From Deltaproteobacteria bacterium (GTDB lineage Bacteria; Myxococcota_A; Polyangia; Fen-1088), in the NCBI GenBank assembly GCA_033763315.1, contig JANRKS010000007.1, positions 192,001 to 256,000 of the forward strand: DNA of 64,000 nucleotides, written 5' to 3'. A model generated the notes under the pieces. It did no database searches. It was not told where the DNA came from and saw nothing but the letters and a program-made list of their open reading frames with translations. Of this stretch, positions 58,054 to 64,000 are shown piece by piece. The translations under genes were made by a program, and so were the position numbers. Numbering within the stretch: the stretch's first letter is position 1; each line of letters starts with the position of its first letter.

Positions 58054-60513
58054 ATGATTTTACTGCGGTTTCGGATTCGGGCGGCCACCCGGGGTCTTGC
58101 CCCTGTGGCAGCGCGAGCGTGCTTACTTTTCCTGCCCGGCCTCATGGCGGTTTTGTGGTGGCCTTCGTCACCGAAAGAAAGTGAACCCACAACACGGCCA
58201 AACCATTCCCCGCCGCCCCACGAAGTGAACGTGTGGGGCCAAGAAGGTGAAGGCCTGGCGATCAGCCGGGACGCGTGGCTGCACGCCGCCACCCGCGGGC
58301 CAACGCCGCCACCACCGGTACGCAAGGCCGCGGGACCGGCTGTGGGCGTTGGAAGTGGCTTCAAGATGGTGGGCAGCGTGGCCGTGCTTGAGGGTGATGA
58401 ACTCACGGCCACGCCCAGCGGCAGTGGGTTTGGCCTCGACAAAGACGACCTTGCCGAAGTGAGCCGCCGTTTCATCGCCGCGTTTGGCGACAACTACGAT
58501 CAGATCGCCGTTTTTTTGGGCTTCACCGATCGCTTGTCGCAACAGTCGCTGGCCTATCAGCAACCCGTGAAGAACAACATCAGGGGCCTGGGCTTGGGGC
58601 TGTTCGACGAGACGGCGAAATTCGGCTCATTGAGCGGCCGCATGGAATCGATGCTGAACATGAAACGCATCAACCTTTACGGACGTGACGCAGCCAACGA
58701 TCCCCAGAACGATCTTTACAGCGTGTGGGCTCAGGAGGCCGGGCACCGTTGGGCGATCTACTTTAAGTACCGGTTTGCCGGCGAAACGACCGATCGAAGC
58801 GATTTGTTGTTGCGGCAGAACGCGCACTGGGCGCCTTGGGTGCAATCTGACGGCTCGTTCCTTGATGGGCTCACGTGGCAAGACAACAAAGACGGAACGT
58901 TCAGCGTCGTTGATTTCAACAAACGGTACGGTGCGATGGATCAGTACGCGATGGGCTTGCGGCAACCGAACGAAGTGCCCGCCTTCTTCTTGTTGGACGA
59001 TTTCAAAGACGAAGCGGGGGCCGCCATCGCCCGCAACAGCCGATTCAACCGCGGCGTGAAATACAAGGCACGAAGAATCGACGTGACGGTGGAGGATGTG
59101 ATCCGTGCCATGGGCGCGCGCGACCCTGCCACAAGTCCGGCCGCTGAGGATCTGCGGATGGGCGTGGTGTTTCTCACGCCGCCCGGGCAAGGCCTGGCGC
59201 CCCTGATGGGCGAAGCGTTTCGAGTGGAGAGCACGCGTGCGCCTTGGGATGGCTTCTATAACGCTTCGGCGGGCGGGCGGGGGAAGGTGTGCACGGCGTT
59301 GCTGCACCCTTGTCGTGGCCCTGCGTTCGCGTTTGGTAAACCGAGCCTCAGCGCTGCGGGTCGCGTGCCGGGCGTGGCCGGGCCCGGCGACGCGCTGACC
59401 ATAAGCGTGCCGGTCACCAACGTTGGCACCGAAGCGGCCGTGGCGAATGTCAACGTGGGAGGTGCCAATCCATTCGTATTTGCGGCGACCACAGTGGCCA
59501 CGCCGCCGCTCGAGCCCGGAGCCACGGGCAGCGTTGTGCTGCAAACGCAGGTTCCCCAAAGTGTCGCGTGTGGGGTTGATTTCAAGCTCGATTTTCAGGC
59601 ACCAGGACGCCTCGGCCCTTCGTTGGGCAGCCAGCCTTTACAAGTTGGACTGCAGCCGGGGCCAGGCAGCACCTTGGAAGCGGCAGACACGCCGGCCCTT
59701 TGGCAGATCAACCCTGACGGCACAGACACAGCCGTACTTGGCATGTGGCAATGGGGCACGCCCGAGCCAACAAAAGCCTTTGATTTCGTGCTGCAGCCGG
59801 CGGGCGCTGTTTCGGGCACCAAGGCTTTTGTCACCGGTGCAGCGGCGGGAGACTCACCCGGCGCCAACGACGTGGATTTCGACGTCTTGCAACCCACGGT
59901 GGGCCGCACCACTTTGCAGTCCCCCAACTTCGCCTTGGCAGGTCTGACGAACCCGCGCTTGACGTACCAGCTGCACTTCGTGGCCGCCGGCTTTGAGAAA
60001 GAAGTTTTGGTTCCGGGCAACCAGGACGCTTTCTTTGTGCAAGCCTCGCTCGATGGCGGCCCATGGGTGGAAGTGGATCGCGTGCCCGCAACTTTGTTCT
60101 TGGGTTGGGAACAGCGGGTCGTGCCCTTGAGCGCGACCCTTCAAGCAGCCCTTGCGACGGCCGCGCAGATTCGATTTCGTTTCGTTGCGCAAGACAGCGA
60201 TCTTTCAGAAACCGTGGTTGAAGCCGCCATCGACGACGTTTTCTTGCTTGGTGAGTTGCCAGGTTGTGGAACGCTTGTGGCGGCACCTGACGCAGGCGTT
60301 GATGGCGGCGTGGTGTCGCCAAGCGACAACGGCTGCTCGTGCCGGCTTGGCCAACGCCGCCACACAAGCTCTGGCGCGTGGTTGAGCGCGTTGTTTGCGG
60401 CGTGTGCCTACGCCGTGAGACGCAAACCACGATCCTCAGCATCACGCGGCTTCGCGGAGCCTTCAATGCGCCTGCACAGGGCCTTCGCCAAGTTTATAAA
60501 GCGCTGCTCGTAA
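58054..60513 (+). CDS. Metzincin-like secreted protein with MYXO-CTERM-like tail
   Basis: QEAGHRW..AHW and DQYAMG Met-turn; W.WGTP/MAM-like domain; GCSCRL + hydrophobic stretch + RRK tail. Confidence 0.7.
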   Translation: MILLRFRIRAATRGLAPVAARACLLFLPGLMAVLWWPSSPKESEPTTRPNHSPPPHEVNVWGQEGEGLAISRDAWLHAATRGPTPPPPVRKAAGPAVGVGSGFKMVGSVAVLEGDELTATPSGSGFGLDKDDLAEVSRRFIAAFGDNYDQIAVFLGFTDRLSQQSLAYQQPVKNNIRGLGLGLFDETAKFGSLSGRMESMLNMKRINLYGRDAANDPQNDLYSVWAQEAGHRWAIYFKYRFAGETTDRSDLLLRQNAHWAPWVQSDGSFLDGLTWQDNKDGTFSVVDFNKRYGAMDQYAMGLRQPNEVPAFFLLDDFKDEAGAAIARNSRFNRGVKYKARRIDVTVEDVIRAMGARDPATSPAAEDLRMGVVFLTPPGQGLAPLMGEAFRVESTRAPWDGFYNASAGGRGKVCTALLHPCRGPAFAFGKPSLSAAGRVPGVAGPGDALTISVPVTNVGTEAAVANVNVGGANPFVFAATTVATPPLEPGATGSVVLQTQVPQSVACGVDFKLDFQAPGRLGPSLGSQPLQVGLQPGPGSTLEAADTPALWQINPDGTDTAVLGMWQWGTPEPTKAFDFVLQPAGAVSGTKAFVTGAAAGDSPGANDVDFDVLQPTVGRTTLQSPNFALAGLTNPRLTYQLHFVAAGFEKEVLVPGNQDAFFVQASLDGGPWVEVDRVPATLFLGWEQRVVPLSATLQAALATAAQIRFRFVAQDSDLSETVVEAAIDDVFLLGELPGCGTLVAAPDAGVDGGVVSPSDNGCSCRLGQRRHTSSGAWLSALFAACAYAVRRKPRSSASRGFAEPSMRLHRAFAKFIKRCS

Positions 60514-61460
60514 TAGAAAGTAGACAAGTGAGCCAAACCAAAGGTGATCGCGAAACAAAGTATGCGCTTGAAATACTTGACGTAGGGTGACGCGCCTTCC
60601 CCGAGCCATCCATGCATGCTGAAGGGGTGAATCACATATAGGGCGTAACTGATGTGTGCCAGGTAGCGCAGCGGCCGAGCGGCGAGCACACGATAGCGGT
60701 CAGGGTTGAGCAACGTGTGCCCTACCAGCAGGCTTGCCGCGAAACCACGCAAGGCATGAACGCCAACAAAGCGTGGATGGCACGTGAATGCAAAGAACAC
60801 CACCACAGCCAAAGCCGGTACACGCGCGACGATGGCGCGCGCACGTTGACCAAACTTGCCCAAGAAAAGCATGGCAAGCACCGAGCCCGAAAGGATCTCG
60901 TCCACACGCAGGTGCGTATGAATGCGGCCACCGGTTCGGTCGGTGTACCACCGCGCCACCACCAACAGCGCCCAGATCACGGGAAGGGCGAGGAACCCCT
61001 TCCAGCGTGTGGCCCACATCAAAAGACCGATGAAGAGGTAAAAATGCACCTCCACGCAGAGACTCCAAAAGTGCGACAGGTCCGGCATGATGCCGCTTTC
61101 GATGTACGTCTGGGCAAATCCCAAAGTGACCAAGATCTGCGAAAAGGAGACGTCATTCAGCACAGCCGCAACCAAAACGGCCAGATAGGCCAGCGGCAAA
61201 ATGCGAAACAGTCGGCGCACAAAAAACGAAGTTAACTGGTGCCGCTGCTCAAGCTGACAAGTGATGAGAAATCCCGAAAGTGTGAAAAACAGGGCCATGC
61301 CCATGTAGCCGCTGCCTGCGTTGAGTTCCAGCCGCTTTGGTCCCAGGGGCAGCATGTGAGCCGCCAGCACAAGCACGATGCTGATCGCCCTCCAACCATC
61401 AAGAGCCGCGAAGCGTCCCGCAGGCACCTGCGTAAACTCCGGTTTGGTGTGGCCGACCAT
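60408..61460 (-). CDS. Acyltransferase-3 (OafA-like) membrane O-acyltransferase
   Basis: LDGWRAI, FFTLSGFLI, RRLFRILP, HFWSLCVE and ISYALYVIH motifs. Confidence 0.9.
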   Translation of the reverse strand: MVGHTKPEFTQVPAGRFAALDGWRAISIVLVLAAHMLPLGPKRLELNAGSGYMGMALFFTLSGFLITCQLEQRHQLTSFFVRRLFRILPLAYLAVLVAAVLNDVSFSQILVTLGFAQTYIESGIMPDLSHFWSLCVEVHFYLFIGLLMWATRWKGFLALPVIWALLVVARWYTDRTGGRIHTHLRVDEILSGSVLAMLFLGKFGQRARAIVARVPALAVVVFFAFTCHPRFVGVHALRGFAASLLVGHTLLNPDRYRVLAARPLRYLAHISYALYVIHPFSMHGWLGEGASPYVKYFKRILCFAITFGLAHLSTFYYEQRFINLAKALCRRIEGSAKPRDAEDRGLRLTA

Positions 61461-61612
61461 GCCGCTATAGTGACGCACGCCGCGGCGCTCACAAAGCAGA
61501 ACTTGCTTGGGTGGGCCTGGCAAGAGCTTGAGACAAGGTCCGTTGTCCGCTTTGGCCCGGGCTCAGTTGCTGGTGTGCGGTGGCCAAGTATATACCCCCA
61601 GCGGTTCTGACA

Positions 61613-62494
61613 ATGGCGCTCACTCTAATCACAACAGCGCTGGGCAACGTGGGCAAACACGTCGTTCGCGCGTGTCAGGAGCAAGGCCTCGCTTTGCGAT
61701 TGGCGGACCGCAAGCCGGCGGCTTGCAAAGCCAGGTACCCACAGCACGAAGCCGCGGCGCTGGATTTCACCGACCCTTCCACGTGGGAGCCCGCCGTGCG
61801 CGGTTGCGATCACGTGTTCCTGTTGCGGCCACCGCCGATCGGCGACATGGAACGAACGCTCAATCCATTCATCGAGGCGGCTTACGCGTCAGGCGTCAAA
61901 CACATTGTGTTTCTTTCGGTCGCGGGCGCGGATCGAATGAAGTGGGTGCCCCATCACAAGGTCGAACGAAAGCTCGCTGAATGCGGCAAAAGCTACACCT
62001 TGCTGCGTCCTGGGTTCTTCGCCCAAAACCTGCAGGACGCTTACCTGCGCGACATCAAGGAAGACAACCGCATCTACGTCCCCGCGGGCGGTGGAAAGAT
62101 CGCGTTTTTGGATGTCTACGACGTCGGCGATGTGGCAGCACGCGTGTTTAACGCACCGAACGCCTTTGTTGGTAAAGCGTTGCACCTAACCGGCCCCGAA
62201 GCCGTGACGTTCTTTGATGTGGCGCAGATGCTGTCCTCGCGTCTAGGGCGGGTGATCACCTACCGGCCCGCCAGCATCCCTGGCTATGCATGGCATCTGC
62301 GACGCAAACGCCGCATGCCATGGACGCAGATCCTGGTGCAAACAATCTTGCACGTGGGGTTGCGCCGCGGCGATGCCGAAATGGTGTCGCCCGTTGTGCA
62401 GGACATTTTGGGGCGAGCGCCACGGTCGCTTGGCACGTCGATCGATTCAGCGCTGGATTTGTGGAAGCCAACCGCTTCGCAACTTGCGCGCTAA
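61613..62494 (+). CDS. NmrA-family NAD(P)-binding protein
   Basis: ITTALGNVG, VKHIVFLS, LRPGFFAQN and LTGPEA motifs. Confidence 0.85.
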   Translation: MALTLITTALGNVGKHVVRACQEQGLALRLADRKPAACKARYPQHEAAALDFTDPSTWEPAVRGCDHVFLLRPPPIGDMERTLNPFIEAAYASGVKHIVFLSVAGADRMKWVPHHKVERKLAECGKSYTLLRPGFFAQNLQDAYLRDIKEDNRIYVPAGGGKIAFLDVYDVGDVAARVFNAPNAFVGKALHLTGPEAVTFFDVAQMLSSRLGRVITYRPASIPGYAWHLRRKRRMPWTQILVQTILHVGLRRGDAEMVSPVVQDILGRAPRSLGTSIDSALDLWKPTASQLAR

Positions 62495-62703
62495 GCCGTC
62501 GAGATCGCCCCCCCAAGGCCCAGACCTTCATCGAATCATTTCGACAGGTTAGCGAACTGCCTGCCAATTCAAAATCGCCCTTCAAGCAGCCATGGGTTTG
62601 GTCACACCTGCGTGACAACAGGGAATACCGGTCGGGTTGGCCGTCCATTCATCGCAAACAGCGGCTTGGGCCGCGATGTTGGATGAGGAAAAGGACGGAA
62701 ACC

Positions 62704-64000
62704 ATGACGACTCGATCCGGATGGAACAGGGATTGGACACGGGGTGCGGTGCTCTCTTTCGCGTTAAGTGCAGGGGCCTGCGCGGCGCACGAACCGCCCG
62801 CAAACAACGCAGCGGAGGTTCAATTGGCCATTCGCCAGGCCCCGGCAGACGCGGCCTGCTTGCGGGTGAGCGCGGTTGGTACGAAAAACGTGAGCCAAAC
62901 GATCGGCCTTAGCCCAGGGCAGAACACGGTGTTTTCGATGGGCAACCTGCCCACAGGCAGCGTGGTCTTCTCTGCAGAGGCCTTCGATCAACCCTGCGCC
63001 CTCAGCGACTTTTCTTCGCCGAGCTACGTCTCCGACCACGTGGCGTCTGTGCTGAAGCCAGGAAAAAATGGGCAGGTCGTTCTGACGATGGGTGCACGGG
63101 CGTCGGCTTCGGTGGCCGTCGAATTCCCGGGCGAAGAAAAAGGGCGCTGGGTCGGCATTGCTGGCGCACCAATCGGCACGCCTGCCGCCATCACCAGCGC
63201 TGCCTCGAACGACAGCGAGAGCGTGTTTGACATCGCCATCGCGGGCTACTTTCTAGAGGAGAAAACGGGACCGGATGGCGCGAAATACACGCGCATGTCG
63301 ATCCCCGGCCTTGGCACGTTTGGCCAGGTGGGTGCGCCCGACCTTCCTGTGGTACGGATGGATCTGGCCGTGCCAACTTCGGTGCGCGCCGTTTCGGCAT
63401 CGGCGGAAATTCTCGCGTCCGTTGAACTTCAAAACTTCGTGGCATGGCCCGCGCCACAGCCCGGTTCAGATCAGACGAATGCCGCACAGGAGTTGGGGTT
63501 CCCCGATCGGTTTAGCAAAGACGACAAAATCTACGCCGGCCAGCGTCCTTTCCCGGCCGACACTGTGGCGCCAGCACTCGTGAGTGCGAAGCTTGGCTCC
63601 ATTCGTGGCGCAAGCGTTGAAGTAAACCCAGCCGTATGGGATCCCACCACCAACACCCTCAAGCTGGCAACCCAGATGCGCGTGACCTTTGACCACAAAG
63701 GAACGTTCGACAACGACGCTCCCATCACGCAGGAGCGCAACCTTTCGGCCGCCGCCAAGTTTGCCAACTGGACCAGCATTTCACGCTTTATCAGCGTGAA
63801 CGCACTGTTCTTCGCAGGCGACTTCTTGTTCATTTATCCTCCAGGGTACCAAGACGAGATGGCGCCTTTGGTGAGCCAGAAGGCCGCGCGTGGTTTTGCT
63901 GTCACCGAGCGAACGTTGGCCGAAACGGGTGGCACATGTGCAAGCATTCGCGCCGCCATTGCCACATGGTACGCGTCTCGCTCAGCTGCGCGTGACAAGT
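62704..64000 (+). CDS. 3'-truncated lipoprotein with C25 (gingipain) propeptide and start of the catalytic domain
   Basis: Open from ATG 62704 to the window end. AGAC lipobox; GQVGAPDLPV, NPAVWDP and FLFIYP....PLV..KAARGF. Absent from the ORF track. Confidence 0.7.
   Translation, partial: MTTRSGWNRDWTRGAVLSFALSAGACAAHEPPANNAAEVQLAIRQAPADAACLRVSAVGTKNVSQTIGLSPGQNTVFSMGNLPTGSVVFSAEAFDQPCALSDFSSPSYVSDHVASVLKPGKNGQVVLTMGARASASVAVEFPGEEKGRWVGIAGAPIGTPAAITSAASNDSESVFDIAIAGYFLEEKTGPDGAKYTRMSIPGLGTFGQVGAPDLPVVRMDLAVPTSVRAVSASAEILASVELQNFVAWPAPQPGSDQTNAAQELGFPDRFSKDDKIYAGQRPFPADTVAPALVSAKLGSIRGASVEVNPAVWDPTTNTLKLATQMRVTFDHKGTFDNDAPITQERNLSAAAKFANWTSISRFISVNALFFAGDFLFIYPPGYQDEMAPLVSQKAARGFAVTERTLAETGGTCASIRAAIATWYASRSAARDK

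Noticed and set aside
62495-62703. GTCAC-N6-GTGAC dyad (62601-62616) or a possible riboswitch
   Set aside because: A 5-bp-arm dyad is within chance expectation; no c-di-GMP or other riboswitch consensus is recognisable.

Overview
GC-rich bacterial window, most likely Myxococcota (Polyangia-like), judged from a MYXO-CTERM-like tail, a TIGR02266-type PilZ protein, an MXAN_5808-type S41 protease, eukaryotic-like Ser/Thr kinases and a DUF1592/DUF1552 pair. It holds about 47 CDS. Housekeeping genes (fpr/finR, moaB, oppABCDF-like transporter, hemN, uxaA-family dehydratase, SWIM-SNF2, ribA, mrp, dgoK, pcrA) are mixed with many secreted or lipoprotein accessory genes. No rRNA, tRNA, CRISPR array or intact mobile element was seen. 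Best leads: (1) an ECF sigma / FecR-TPR anti-sigma / outer-membrane protein / CBM lipoprotein / DUF1592-DUF1552 module with a shared promoter-like motif (TGAGCC-N17/18-ACACT) upstream of both the sigma gene and the DUF1592 gene; (2) an apparent AUU start codon for mrp; (3) a sigma54 promoter with a perfect 16-bp palindrome upstream of an uncharacterised beta-barrel + phosphodiesterase-lipoprotein pair; (4) orphan overlapping tandem palindromes at 40.2 kb; (5) recurring leaderless-type promoters; (6) an SGNH hydrolase fused to a 7-blade PVL-like lectin, and a gingipain-like lipoprotein missing from the ORF track. All calls come from reading motifs by eye; no searches were run.
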